Shown piece by piece: positions 40,595-51,323 of a DNA stretch of 64,000 nt. Position numbers and translations under genes: made by a program. The stretch is from the NCBI GenBank assembly GCA_963827275.1, contig CAWHAA010000004.1, forward strand, positions 96,001 through 160,000, written 5' to 3'. The DNA is from an uncultured Spirochaetota bacterium. GTDB taxonomy: Bacteria; Spirochaetota; UBA4802; UBA5550. The notes beneath the pieces were generated by a model. The model did no database searches, was not told the origin of the DNA, and saw only the letters and a list, made by a program, of their open reading frames with translations. Positions within the stretch are counted from its first letter, which is position 1; each line of letters starts with the position of its first letter.

Positions 40595-42109
40595 ATGAAA
40601 AAAATGCTCATTTCGATTTTTGCGTTTATGTTGGTATTATATGCGGTGCCGGCAGTCATGGCCGTTCAGGAATCAGCACAAAAGCAGATCTCTGCGACAG
40701 ATCAGGCACTACAAGAAAAGGCGGCTGAACATGCAGACGCCGAGAAAGAAGGCTCGCAGCATGCGGGCGGTGACCTGGGCACCTCATTGTCTCTCTGGTG
40801 GGTCCTGCCGTTCGCGGGCATTCTTCTTTCAATTGCCCTGTTCCCCCTCCTGGCGCCCCATTTCTGGCACCATCATTACCCGAAGGTGTCCGCCTTCTGG
40901 GCCCTGGTCATGGCCGTCCCCTTTGTGTTTTTCTACAAAGGCGTGGCGATCCATGATATCGCCCATATCTATATCATCGATTATATCCCGTTTATTATCC
41001 TTCTCTGGTCGCTCTTCACCATTGCGGGGGGGATATATGTCAAGGGCACCCTCAAGGGAAGCCCCATGGTGAACACGGTAATACTTGTTATCGGCACGAT
41101 TCTTGCTTCCTGGATAGGGACCACGGGAGCGTCCATGCTCCTCATCCGGCCGATACTCCGGTCAAACGCCTGGCGGAAGCACAAGGTGCACACGATCGTT
41201 TTCTTCATTTTCCTGGTGAGCAATATCGGCGGCTCCCTCACTCCGCTGGGAGATCCTCCCCTGTTCCTGGGATTCCTCCATGGCGTGCCCTTTTTCTGGA
41301 CCATGCATATCTTTCCGCACATGGTGTTTGTATCACTGATTCTGCTGGTCCTGTACTTCCTGTTGGATTCGTACTATTATAAAAAAGAAGACAAGTCTCT
41401 TATGGCCACCGGCGAGAAGGAGCCTCTTAAAATCGAAGGCGCCCATAACTTTCTCTTTCTGGGCGGTGTGATCGGCGGTGTGCTCCTGAGCGGGCTCGTT
41501 AAAATGGGAGAGGTGAACATTTTCGGCATACACCAGGCTATCGAGAACCTGCTGAAGGACGGGATCCTGATCCTCATGGGCCTCATCTCCCTCAAAACGA
41601 CGAAAGATATCATCCGTAAGGAGAATGAATTCACCTGGGCCCCGATCCTGGAGGTCGCCTACCTCTTCGCCGGCATATTCATGACCATCATCCCGGCCCT
41701 GGCCATACTGAAGGCCGGTGAAAGCGGCGCGCTGGCGATCCTGATCAAATCGACCGAGAAACCGGCCCACTATTTCTGGGCGACGGGGGCCCTGTCGAGC
41801 TTCCTGGACAATGCGCCCACGTACCTCACCTTCTTCAACAGCGCGCTGGGCAAGTTTTATCCCGGCATGACCGAGGCGGAGGCGGTGGCGAAGCTGATCG
41901 TGGAAAAGGTCGATTACCTTGCGGCCATATCGGCCGGCGCCGTGTTCATGGGCGCGAACACCTACATCGGCAACGCTCCCAACTTCATGGTCAAGTCGAT
42001 CGCCGAGGAATCCGGCGTGAAGATGCCGAGCTTTTTCGGATACATGTTCAAGTACTCTATTCCGATGCTGGTGGCGGTGTTCGTCATCGTTACGCTGGTG
42101 TTCTTTTAG
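40595..42109 (+). CDS. IT-superfamily ion transporter (putative Na+:H+ antiporter/citrate transporter)
   Basis: SNIGGSLTPLGDPP, LSSFLDNAPTY and TYIGNAPN motifs; many TM helices. Confidence 0.85.
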   Translation: MKKMLISIFAFMLVLYAVPAVMAVQESAQKQISATDQALQEKAAEHADAEKEGSQHAGGDLGTSLSLWWVLPFAGILLSIALFPLLAPHFWHHHYPKVSAFWALVMAVPFVFFYKGVAIHDIAHIYIIDYIPFIILLWSLFTIAGGIYVKGTLKGSPMVNTVILVIGTILASWIGTTGASMLLIRPILRSNAWRKHKVHTIVFFIFLVSNIGGSLTPLGDPPLFLGFLHGVPFFWTMHIFPHMVFVSLILLVLYFLLDSYYYKKEDKSLMATGEKEPLKIEGAHNFLFLGGVIGGVLLSGLVKMGEVNIFGIHQAIENLLKDGILILMGLISLKTTKDIIRKENEFTWAPILEVAYLFAGIFMTIIPALAILKAGESGALAILIKSTEKPAHYFWATGALSSFLDNAPTYLTFFNSALGKFYPGMTEAEAVAKLIVEKVDYLAAISAGAVFMGANTYIGNAPNFMVKSIAEESGVKMPSFFGYMFKYSIPMLVAVFVIVTLVFF

Positions 42110-42195
42110 ATAGATGTCCCCGGGCGCCGGCATGCCGGTACGGTACCGCCGGCGCTTGAATTCTATATTTACTATCTATTACAGCGAGGTGTGCT

Positions 42196-42615
42196 ATGGT
42201 AACATTTAAAAATATTCTTTTTCCGATTAATCTTGATTCAACCAATTTGTCGTTTGTAAAGAAAGTCCTGGATATGGCCCTGCAGCTCAAGGGGCGTCTC
42301 CATATCCTGTATGTCAATGATGAGCAGGCGGGGTACCGTCATCCGACCGACCGCGAGGACGCAGTTGCGCTCAAGGTCCAGGAAGCGGTCCCGGAAGATA
42401 TCCTGAACAGGATATCGCCCGTGTACGCGGTCGCGAAAGGGAACCTGGCGGAACAGATCGAGGCGTATTGCAAGAAAGAGGCGATCGAGCTTATCATAGT
42501 GGGCCACAAGCAGCGAAGCGCTTTTTACCGCGCCGTGTTTGACAGCCCGGACGTAAACATTATCGACTCGGTGAACATCCCGATCCTGGTGATTCCGAAA
42601 AAAATGGAAGAGTAG
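42196..42615 (+). CDS. Universal stress protein
   Basis: FKNILFP, HILYV, LIIVG and PILVI USP pattern. Confidence 0.88.
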   Translation: MVTFKNILFPINLDSTNLSFVKKVLDMALQLKGRLHILYVNDEQAGYRHPTDREDAVALKVQEAVPEDILNRISPVYAVAKGNLAEQIEAYCKKEAIELIIVGHKQRSAFYRAVFDSPDVNIIDSVNIPILVIPKKMEE

Positions 42616-42636
42616 GGGACCGGCCCCCGCGCCCGG

Positions 42637-44349
42637 CTACCGGGCGGGGAACCGGATGGTGAACCGCGTCCCACCCTCGACGGCAAGCTCCACTGTCGCG
42701 CCGATCTGGCGGGCAAGGGCGTCGATGATCTGCATGCCCATGGATGTCTTCCGGCTTGCCTCGAACAGCCCCGGGGGCATCCCCGGGCCGTTGTCCGCGA
42801 TTATGAGGGTTACCGTACCGCCGGTCTCGTGCAGCTCGAGGTCGATGACGGTTTCTTCCGCTTCCCTGCGGCCATGCTTGACCGCATTGGTGAGCAGTTC
42901 GTTTATGAGAAGGCCGCAGGGGATGGCGATGTCGATGCCCATGAAGATCGGGTCCATCCTGTGGTTGATGCGGATCTTTCCGTCCCTGCCTGATTGGAGC
43001 GCCACCAGGTCGCGGGACAGCTCATCGATGTATGCGGACATGTCAACCCTGGAAAAATTTTCCGTGCTGTAGATCTTCTCGTGGATGCTCGCCATGGAAT
43101 GGATGCGGCCCACCGCGTCTTTCAACGCCTGGCCGGCCTGCGGGTCCTTCACCGAATCCACCTGCATGTTCAGCAGGCTTGATATGATCTGCATGTTGTT
43201 CTTTACCCTGTGGTGGATCTCCCGGATGAGGACGATCTTTTCCTGGAGCGACTCGTTCAGCGCTTTTTCCGACTGCTTCCTGAGGCCGATGTCACGGACC
43301 ACCGCCAGGAGCACGGTGTGCCCCCTGCGCCTGAGGGCCTTGAGGCCCACCTCGGTAAACAATGCGGACCCGTCTCCCGGCCTCCGCACCTCCCACTCGA
43401 ACATCACCTCCCTGCCGCCGGCGACCCTTTGCCACAGCGCGCGGACGGAACCCGTGTCAAGGGGGTCCTTCGACAGGTCGGCAATCGCGAGAGAAAGGGC
43501 CTCCGCACGGCTCAGCCTGAACATTTCGAGCATGCGCTCATTGACGTCGAGGATCTTTCCGTCAAGATCGTACACGATCATGGCGTCATGGACGCTGTTG
43601 AAGATCGCAAGGAGGTCCGCCTCTGACGCGCGCAGTAATTCCTCGGACCGGAGCAGCTCCTCGTTCTGCGCCTCGAACTCCTCGTTGGAAGAGGTCAGCT
43701 CCTCCATGGCGGCCTGCAGCTCCATGTTCGACCGCTGGAGCGCGGTATTGCTCAGCTCCATCTGCTCGAATGCCCTGGCGTTGATGGACAGGATGTTGTA
43801 GGATACGATCGTGGTGAACAACAGCGTCATAGTGCTGTCGGCCAGGAAATCGGTGAATGTGCTGTCCGACAGCCCCAGGGAAGAGCGGAAATAAAACATG
43901 AAAAAAAACAGCAGGCAGGCATTGACGCCGGCATATACCAGGACGGCGGATTTCCTCCGGGAGATGAATATCGGCGTTGATGACAGAACGCCGATCGCCA
44001 GGAGAAACGTGTCCAGCCTCGAAACGACATCAAGCTTGTCGAGGAACATTACAGACCAGATTGCAGCGAACAGGACAAAGACGGTGATGTGCGCCGCTGC
44101 CTGAAAATGTCCCCTGATGCAGAGGGCGAAAGAGGCGATGATGACGAGATAGAGGGCGGCCTCGATTGAGACCACCGCCGGATTTATCGAATAGTTGTTT
44201 GCCGGGTTGTTCATCTGGACATAGATGGAATAGATGGCCACGAACGGCATGAGGAGGAGAATCGTGATGAAAAGATAGAGCAGAAAGCGCGCCTTGAGCT
44301 TGATGACTATGTTCTCATTTTCATATCTCTTGAGAAGGGTCTCTATCAT
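42637..44349 (-). CDS. Membrane PAS HisKA_2 histidine kinase
   Basis: TM helices, coiled coil, PAS, EIHHRVKNN, NELLTNAVKH and DNGPG. Confidence 0.9.
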   Translation of the reverse strand: MIETLLKRYENENIVIKLKARFLLYLFITILLLMPFVAIYSIYVQMNNPANNYSINPAVVSIEAALYLVIIASFALCIRGHFQAAAHITVFVLFAAIWSVMFLDKLDVVSRLDTFLLAIGVLSSTPIFISRRKSAVLVYAGVNACLLFFFMFYFRSSLGLSDSTFTDFLADSTMTLLFTTIVSYNILSINARAFEQMELSNTALQRSNMELQAAMEELTSSNEEFEAQNEELLRSEELLRASEADLLAIFNSVHDAMIVYDLDGKILDVNERMLEMFRLSRAEALSLAIADLSKDPLDTGSVRALWQRVAGGREVMFEWEVRRPGDGSALFTEVGLKALRRRGHTVLLAVVRDIGLRKQSEKALNESLQEKIVLIREIHHRVKNNMQIISSLLNMQVDSVKDPQAGQALKDAVGRIHSMASIHEKIYSTENFSRVDMSAYIDELSRDLVALQSGRDGKIRINHRMDPIFMGIDIAIPCGLLINELLTNAVKHGRREAEETVIDLELHETGGTVTLIIADNGPGMPPGLFEASRKTSMGMQIIDALARQIGATVELAVEGGTRFTIRFPAR

Positions 44350-44461
44350 AGCGGCGCGCCTCGCACATGATCGGTTTTTTCGGGAAAGGCCTCATCCCTC
44401 ATCTGTCCACTGATTTTATCGGGGCCGCGGTTATTAGTCAAACCCTTTATGCGCCGCGGCA

Positions 44462-45352
44462 TCAGTCCGGTTTTTTCCCCAGGAACTCCTCGAAATGGTA
44501 CCACTGGACCGGGTATTCGCGCGCCTTCGCCGCAAGGATGTCCGCGTAGCGCTGGGCCGATTCCCGGACCGCCCGCTCCCTGTCGCGCCGGGAGGCGGCG
44601 GTGACGCTGATCGGCCCGTCAATGGAGAAGTGGTATCTCCCGGGACCGGTGCGGAAGGCGAAGAAGAGGAACAGGGGCGCCCCGGCGAGGAGGGCGATGC
44701 TGTGCGGCGCTTCGGGAAGGAGCGCGCGGTGCCCGAGGAAGCTGACCGGGACGGCCCGCTGGGAGGGGGTCCAGAGACGGTCGCCGGTGAGCGAAACCAG
44801 GCCCCCTTCTTTCAAGAACCTGAGCCCCTCCAGAATGTCAAAGGGAGACCCCCCGTCCTCACCGACCGATACGATGGTCAGGCCGTTTTCCGCCAGGCTC
44901 TCCTTCTGCATCTTTTCTATCTGCTCCTTTTCCCGCGCCCCCATGTAGAGGAGGAGGCGAAGGCCGCGTTTCCGGAGCAGGTGGGCGGCCACGTCCCAGT
45001 TGCCCATGTGCGACATCAGCACGACGCCGCCGGTCCCGCCGCTCACCGCCCGCTCGAGGAGCTCCCATCCCTCCGAGGTGAACGATATGTCGCCGCCCGA
45101 CTGGAGCAGGAACCGGTCGAGGAACACGTCGGTGAAGCCGTGGAACTGGCGCCAGGTGCAGCGCAGTGCGTGGAGCCGGCCCCGCTCGGGGAAGAGGGCC
45201 CGGTAGAAGCGGACCCCGATTCCAACGCGACGCGGGAAGAATATAAAGTAGCCTGTTGAGACAAAACGCGAGAAGACCCTGAACACCCAGGCGCCGAATA
45301 TGCGGGTGAAGAGGGTCAGGGTTTTGTAGAAGAGCGCTATCATTGGTTCCAT
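44462..45352 (-). CDS. LpxL-like/lysophospholipid acyltransferase
   Basis: SHMGNWD, GDR and YPVQWY motifs. Confidence 0.85.
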   Translation of the reverse strand: MEPMIALFYKTLTLFTRIFGAWVFRVFSRFVSTGYFIFFPRRVGIGVRFYRALFPERGRLHALRCTWRQFHGFTDVFLDRFLLQSGGDISFTSEGWELLERAVSGGTGGVVLMSHMGNWDVAAHLLRKRGLRLLLYMGAREKEQIEKMQKESLAENGLTIVSVGEDGGSPFDILEGLRFLKEGGLVSLTGDRLWTPSQRAVPVSFLGHRALLPEAPHSIALLAGAPLFLFFAFRTGPGRYHFSIDGPISVTAASRRDRERAVRESAQRYADILAAKAREYPVQWYHFEEFLGKKPD

Positions 45353-45381
45353 GCCGCAGGCGGGGTCACGTGACCCCGCAA

Positions 45382-46129
45382 TTATTTTTTGTACGCCATC
45401 TTCCTTCTTATAAATCGCGGTATCAGTATCCTCTGGAATATCAGCCTCATGAAGGTCCCCGAATTCCTCCAGAAATCGACAAAGGGACGGAAGTGCGACA
45501 CGCGCTCCATGCCGGGCGTGTAGCTCACGCTCACCGGCGCCTCGATGACCGGGATACGGAGCCAGCCGGCCTTCGCGAGGACCTCCACCTCGAACTGGAA
45601 GCGGTTGGCCCGTATCGTCATGTTCATGGTCTGCGGGAGGGGATAGATCCTGAACCCGCTCTGCGAGTCCTTCACCGCCGGGCCGCCCGAGGCCCGCACC
45701 CAGAAGTTCGAGAATTTCCGGCCGAAGCGGCTGGTCCAGGGCACGTCATCCCCGGTCATGTTGCTCGCGCATCCCGATGACGATAGGCCTCCGGTGGGGC
45801 GGGAACGCGGTGTCAGGGACGGCGTGTATCAGGCCGAGCGCGTTTTCTGGGTCGTGCTGTCCGTCCGCGTCGATGGTGATGGCCCAGTCGGCGGACCCCG
45901 CGGCCGCGGCGAGCCCGCTCTTGATGGCGGCCCCTTTCCCCCTGTTTGTTTCGTGGCGTATCACCGTCACGCCCGCCATCCCCCTGATCCTGTCATGGGT
46001 CGAATCCGTTGAGCCGTCATCGACTACGTAGAGGGGAAATCCCAGCTTCAGGGCGCTGCGCGCGACATCGGCCACGCGCTGCTCGTGGTTATACACCGGG
46101 ATGATGATTGCGAATCTTCCTTTTATCAT
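45382..46129 (-). pseudogene. Glycosyltransferase family 2, split by one frameshift near 45760
   Basis: IIPVYN, VDDGSTD, NRGKG and DADGQH in the first part; DSQSGFRIYP and FEVE in the second. One extra base in gagcaacatg; possibly a sequencing error. Confidence 0.8.
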
Positions 46130-46162
46130 AACTGCATTCCCTTGATAACGATACAAGATATT

Positions 46163-46185
46163 CCCCTCCCATCAAGGGGGAGGGG
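46163..46185. repeat. REP-like palindrome
   Basis: cccctccc-atcaagg-gggagggg hairpin in an intergenic gap. Confidence 0.5.
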
Positions 46186-46189
46186 TCAG

Positions 46190-47905
46190 CTAATCTTCCG
46201 GCAGAAACGCCAGCGACCATGTCCCCGGTCCCACGTGGACCCCGGTGGTGAGGGAGAGCGGCTGGATGCGTATGACGGCGTCCGGATAGCGCGCCGTGAT
46301 TTCCGGCATGACACGGGTTTCGACCGACGAACGGTTGTCCGTATACTGCAGCAGTATGAAGGGGCGCGCACCGGGCGCCGCACCCTCCGCGAGCTTCGCG
46401 AGCGCAAATGAGACCTGGTCCTCCGGGGTCTTTGCCATGCCGGCGCTGATGACCCCTTCGGCGGTGGGGGTCACCACGGGCTTCATGCCCAGCATGTTGC
46501 CGAAGAAGGCCTTGGTCCGGGATACCCTGCCGCCGGCCGCGAGAAATTTCAGGTTGTCGATGAAGATGTATTCCTGGCAGCGGTCGATGGCGCGCCGCGC
46601 GTACCCGATGACGGCCGCCGGATCGGCGGAGCTGTTCGAAAATTCGGCGACCGCGAGCGCTATCGCGCCGAGCCTTCCCGATGCGGCGCCGGTATCGAGT
46701 ATCGTCATGCGGTCGTCCGGGTCGTGCGCCGACTTCCACGCGCGCGCCACCTCGTAATTGCCGGTGTAGGCGGCGCCGACGCAGAGGTAGAGGACGCGGG
46801 GGTGCAGGCTCAGCACGCTGCTGTAGAGCTCATGGCGCTCGAACTCGGAGGCCTGGGAGGTGGAGGCCCGCGCGCCGCGCCGCATGAGAGCATAGAGCTC
46901 GGCCGGCTTCACGCTGGTCTCGGGCGCGGCCGAGTCTTCCACCGTGATATAGCTGTCCAGGAGCGTGAACCCCAGCCTGCGCGCATCGTCGCGGGTGACG
47001 GAACCGGCCGCGTCGGTCATGACATGGATGGCCTGCCGCGGCCGCGCGCGCGTGAATTCGCGCACCTGCTCTGCCAGGTTGTCGTCCGACCATCGGATGA
47101 CGCTGCCGAGCGACTCTACCCGCCTGCGCACCGCCGCGGCGTCCTCCGTGTGAAGGTGCACCTTGACGTAGTCGTCCCCCGGGAGCACCACCACGCTTTC
47201 GCCGAGTCCCGCGATGAGGGGGACCGCGGTATCGCGCCCGGCTCTTGCGTCAAGGGTGATGTCGACGCAGAACCCCTCCTCCCGGGCGGCCGAGAACGAC
47301 GGCGCGATGCTGAGCCCTTCGCTGAATATCGAGGTGACGGGACGGAATACGCCGGCTTTGCCGGCCAGGGACAGGAAGAAGGCCTCCAGGTAGATGAACA
47401 TCCCCAGCGCCCCCGAATCGACCACGCCCGCCTCCTTCAGCTTCGGGAGGAGCTCCGGCGTAGAGCGCACCGCTGCCTCGAGCCGCCCGATGACGTCCTC
47501 CGCGTATGCGGCGGGCGATGCAGGGGCGCCATCGAGCGCGTCAGTCAGCGCGTCGAAGACCGTGAGCATGGTGCCCTGCCGCGGTTCGTGTACCGCTTTC
47601 CATGCAAGGTCCCTCCCATGGCGCGCCGCTACCGGCACGGATCCGGGGGTATCGGCGCGGAGAAACCCGGAGAAAAAGCGGGCGGCGATGTTCCCGGAGT
47701 TTCCCCTGGCGTTCACGAGGAGATTCCGTATGGCGCCGTCCCGGTCGCGGCCGAGGTCGCGCAGCGGCGACAGGCTGATCTTCATGTTCCTGCCCGTATC
47801 GCCGTCGGCGACGGGAAACACGTTGATGCTGTCGAGGAGATCGGCCCAGGCCGCCACCCGCTCCGCACCGAGTATGAAAGAACGCGTGAGTAGATCATCC
47901 ATCAT
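46190..47905 (-). CDS. DAK2 (FakA-like) - DegV (FakB-like) fusion protein
   Basis: INVFPVADGDTG, ARGNSG, GTMLTV, VVDSG, KVHLHT; DegV part TSQ, L..GGR, VHVGP. Confidence 0.88.
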   Translation of the reverse strand: MMDDLLTRSFILGAERVAAWADLLDSINVFPVADGDTGRNMKISLSPLRDLGRDRDGAIRNLLVNARGNSGNIAARFFSGFLRADTPGSVPVAARHGRDLAWKAVHEPRQGTMLTVFDALTDALDGAPASPAAYAEDVIGRLEAAVRSTPELLPKLKEAGVVDSGALGMFIYLEAFFLSLAGKAGVFRPVTSIFSEGLSIAPSFSAAREEGFCVDITLDARAGRDTAVPLIAGLGESVVVLPGDDYVKVHLHTEDAAAVRRRVESLGSVIRWSDDNLAEQVREFTRARPRQAIHVMTDAAGSVTRDDARRLGFTLLDSYITVEDSAAPETSVKPAELYALMRRGARASTSQASEFERHELYSSVLSLHPRVLYLCVGAAYTGNYEVARAWKSAHDPDDRMTILDTGAASGRLGAIALAVAEFSNSSADPAAVIGYARRAIDRCQEYIFIDNLKFLAAGGRVSRTKAFFGNMLGMKPVVTPTAEGVISAGMAKTPEDQVSFALAKLAEGAAPGARPFILLQYTDNRSSVETRVMPEITARYPDAVIRIQPLSLTTGVHVGPGTWSLAFLPED

Positions 47906-48377
47906 GCTTCGGCAAGCCCCTTTCATTGACAAATTCAAAATCGACGTTATTATGCCTGAGCCATTCAGCGGCCACGCTCCCTATCTGTTCGCTGAATTCC
48001 CTCTGCCATTTTTTTTCGATTTCCGGGTGGGTGTGCAGGGCGTCTTTGAAATTGCGGTAGGGCGCGCGCTTTGCCATCGCGGAGGAGAGACGGGCCGCCA
48101 CCGCGCCGTCCGGCAGGGACGCGATGAAATCCTTCATGATATCAACGCCGCGCCGTCCGTCCATCGGCTCGATGTGCAGAAACCGCTCCGCCGCGTCTTC
48201 CCCGGGGAACGCGGCATCGCAGGGAGGGCCGTCGGTATCGTCCCCGCAGCGGTGTTCCGACTGGTAGAGTATCTCCCCCGTTTCCCGGTCGAGGTAGTAG
48301 TGGGTGAACCCGCAGTGGTCTTCAATTGAATGCAGCAGGCCGGCAAGGTGTATCTGTATCGGCGCGCGGTCGGTCAT
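47895..48377 (-). CDS. UPF0158-family protein
   Basis: YYLDRETGEI, M.DF, YRNFKD.L and WL patterns. Confidence 0.75.
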   Translation of the reverse strand: MTDRAPIQIHLAGLLHSIEDHCGFTHYYLDRETGEILYQSEHRCGDDTDGPPCDAAFPGEDAAERFLHIEPMDGRRGVDIMKDFIASLPDGAVAARLSSAMAKRAPYRNFKDALHTHPEIEKKWQREFSEQIGSVAAEWLRHNNVDFEFVNERGLPKHDG

Positions 48378-48408
48378 AGGCCTCTCCCGTGTACGGACCG
48401 GGCTCCTG

Positions 48409-49959
48409 TTACTGCTCTTCGAAATTGAAGAGGTCGTTGTCTGCAATGGCGCGCACCAGCGCCTCGATATCGCCGTCCATCGGCCGGTCGGATACAACGG
48501 GACCGGCGACTGACCGCACCCTGCGGACGATCTCCGCGATGCCCGGCCGCGCGTCGAAGTTTCCCCGTATCTCGCACGCCTGGGCCGCGGCCAGGAGGTG
48601 TATCGCCGTCACCCGTTCCAGCAGGTCGCAGACGCGCGCCGCGTCGCGCGCGGCGATGGTGCCCATGCTCACCTTGTCCTGGTTGTGGGATTCGGTCGAG
48701 CGCGAGAAGGACGCCGCGGGCATGGTCGCCTTGAGCGCTTCCGCGGTCAGCGCCGACGATGAGATCGACATCGCCTTGAACCCGTGGTTGTACATCGCCT
48801 CGTTGCCGGGGGTCCGCACCAGGTCGGCGGGCAGGCCGCGGTTCACGTGCGGGTCAACCATGAGGGCGACCTGGCGGTCTGACATGTCGGCCGCCGACGC
48901 GAGTGCCGACTTCAGCCCGTCCATCGCGAACGAAATATGGCCGCCGTAGAAATTGCCGCCCATCAGCACCGCTCCTGTGTCCGGGTCTATGAGTGGGTTG
49001 TCATTCGCGCTGTTCGCCTCGATCTCCACCCAGCGGGTGATCCATTCAAGCGCGTCACGCAGGACGCCCAGCACCTGGGGCGAGCAGCGGAGCGAATAGG
49101 GGTCCTGGAGCGTTTCAAGCGCCGTGGCCTCGAGGCCGGCGCCGTTGCCGTTCGATCTGATGCGTGCAAGTATGTTCCGGGCGATGTATTCCTGCCCGGG
49201 ATGGGGCTTCGCCCTGGCGATTGCGGGGGCATAGTGGTGCTCGTTGCCCATCAGGGCGTGAATGGAAAGCGCGGTGGCGGACACGGACGCGTTCAGTACC
49301 TTCCGCGCGCGGTCGATGACGATGGCTGATATGCCCGTCATCATGGAGGTGCCGTTTATGATCGCCAGCGGCTCTTTCGGGAGAAATTCATACGGTGCGA
49401 GCCCGGCCTGCTTCAGCGCCTCGGCCGCCGGCATGCGGGAGCCCTTGTAATACACCTCCCGTTCGCCCATGAGGGCGGCCGCGACGTATGACATGGGCGT
49501 CAGGTCGCCAGACGCGCCGACCGAGCCCTCGCAGGGGACCGCGGGGGTGATGCCCCGGTTCAGGAATTCCGCGAGGCGGGCGATGAGCTCCATCGATACG
49601 CCCGAATAGCCGCGCGAAAAACAGAGGATGCGGGTCATCATTGCCGCCCTGGTTTCGGGAATGCCGACGTGCTCGCCGGTGCCGCAGCCGTGGAACCTGA
49701 TCAGGTTGGAGCCGTTTTTTATGGCGACCTCCATTGCCATGCGCTTGCCGCACGATTTCCCGTAGCCGGTATTGACGCCGTAGACCGGCGTCCCTTTCTC
49801 CAGCGCCGCGTTGAGCATCTCGCGCGACACGTCGATTTTACGGACAAACTCAGGGAGCGTGCCAATCGATATGCGTTTCGCGCCGAACGCCACTTCCAGA
49901 ATCTCGTTAAGCGACAGTTCCTGGCCATTGATGACGATTTCTTTGCTCTGGATATTCAT
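48409..49959 (-). CDS. MIO-dependent aromatic amino-acid ammonia-lyase (HAL/PAL/TAL family)
   Basis: VYGVNTGYG, GSVGASGDL (MIO-forming ASG), QDPYSLRC, NDNP and HNQD motifs. Confidence 0.93.
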   Translation of the reverse strand: MNIQSKEIVINGQELSLNEILEVAFGAKRISIGTLPEFVRKIDVSREMLNAALEKGTPVYGVNTGYGKSCGKRMAMEVAIKNGSNLIRFHGCGTGEHVGIPETRAAMMTRILCFSRGYSGVSMELIARLAEFLNRGITPAVPCEGSVGASGDLTPMSYVAAALMGEREVYYKGSRMPAAEALKQAGLAPYEFLPKEPLAIINGTSMMTGISAIVIDRARKVLNASVSATALSIHALMGNEHHYAPAIARAKPHPGQEYIARNILARIRSNGNGAGLEATALETLQDPYSLRCSPQVLGVLRDALEWITRWVEIEANSANDNPLIDPDTGAVLMGGNFYGGHISFAMDGLKSALASAADMSDRQVALMVDPHVNRGLPADLVRTPGNEAMYNHGFKAMSISSSALTAEALKATMPAASFSRSTESHNQDKVSMGTIAARDAARVCDLLERVTAIHLLAAAQACEIRGNFDARPGIAEIVRRVRSVAGPVVSDRPMDGDIEALVRAIADNDLFNFEEQ

Positions 49960-50159
49960 CTGGATGATTTCCTTCTGTGTTTCCCTATATGGCCTTGAAA
50001 AACAGACCTAATCCTAAGTGAACGCTTCCGGTTTTTGTCAAGGTTTTTTTCTTGCGTTATTCGCCGCTGCCGGGAGTATCAGTTGCAGCCGTGCATCAGA
50101 CCGGCGTGTCCCGCAATGCCGGGCGGCGGATGCGGCATATGCCGTTACAGGAGAGAGGA

Positions 50160-50528
50160 GTGGGCCTGCTGAATAGCATTGCCGGGTGGACGGCCCGGAG
50201 CGAGTTTGCGCGATCGGCGCTCGAGGAGAAAGCCGACCTGGGCCCCTTTACGCAGAGGCCCTCCCCGCGTGTCATAGCCGGCATCATTCTAATGGGTTTC
50301 AGCTATATCATCGGCTGGCCGGCAGTCGCACTGTTCGGCGTGCTGTCGATCTGGCTTCGCCAGCCGCTCATCGTCATTATCGGCGGGCCCGTCATCTACG
50401 GCATCTCACACCTGGTGTTCCTCGCCGGCCTCTACTGCGCCGGCGCACGGTATACCTATGTCTTTCTCCGGTGGGCCACGAGACGGTTCATTGAAAAATA
50501 CGGGCCGCCGCCCGTCCCGGGAGGGTGA
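50160..50528 (+). CDS. Small membrane hypothetical protein
   Basis: Hydrophobic helices; GTG start after AGGAGAG; start uncertain. Confidence 0.65.
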   Translation: MGLLNSIAGWTARSEFARSALEEKADLGPFTQRPSPRVIAGIILMGFSYIIGWPAVALFGVLSIWLRQPLIVIIGGPVIYGISHLVFLAGLYCAGARYTYVFLRWATRRFIEKYGPPPVPGG

Positions 50529-50540
50529 CCCTGCCGGGAA

Positions 50541-51092
50541 TTATTGTAATTCGTATTCGCGTACCACCTTCTCCCAGAGCGCGGTGAGTGAAGGGTCGTC
50601 CGGGTCAAAGATCTTTGAGTTTTTTCTGATATCGCGGCGGTCGTGCTCTATCCAGGCATAGAGCCGGTTTTTCGCGTCGCGCGCGTCCCCGGCGCTGTGG
50701 CAGAGGGTAATCAGCTTCCGCATCTCGTCGAGGGACAGAAAGTTGCGATAGCTGTTCAGAATGACGATGAAATAGGACCCGTCCCGCCCTTCCTCGACCT
50801 CCGCGAGCACCGATCGTCCGCGCGTCGCGGCCCGGCCGCCGCCACCAGCGCTGTAATCGCTGAGCACCCGCTCGTTATGGGCGAGGATGGCCGCGTCCTG
50901 TAAAAGCTTCTTCAGGCTTTCGGCGCCGAGGGTCAGGGTCATCGCGCGGATCTCATTGCGCAGCTGCGCCTCGAGCGACTTCTGTTTCGGCTGTGCCGGG
51001 ATCCGTTTTGCGGGCGAAGACTTCTTCGGCGCGGCTTTTTTTTGCGCCGCTACCCCCGGTTTTTTTTTCGATTTCGGTCCGACGGATTTCAT
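50541..51092 (-). CDS. Hypothetical protein with Lys-rich N-terminus
   Basis: Open frame with plausible codon use; no recognised motif. Confidence 0.65.
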   Translation of the reverse strand: MKSVGPKSKKKPGVAAQKKAAPKKSSPAKRIPAQPKQKSLEAQLRNEIRAMTLTLGAESLKKLLQDAAILAHNERVLSDYSAGGGGRAATRGRSVLAEVEEGRDGSYFIVILNSYRNFLSLDEMRKLITLCHSAGDARDAKNRLYAWIEHDRRDIRKNSKIFDPDDPSLTALWEKVVREYELQ

Positions 51093-51323
51093 TGGCGGTA
51101 CCCCCCTGATTATATAGCATGCAATGCCGGCAGCTGACATATACCAGATGCCCGCCGGAAACACAATCATTTTTACCGGGGCACTATTCGATTAACTGGA
51201 TATTAATTGCCTTGAGAAAAAAACCCGCATGGTGTAGAACGGTTACGTTCATCAACAGCGGCATTCGTCATGGGGACACCATGATGGCAATGATTCATAT
51301 CTCGCTGCGACGGGAGGACGGCC

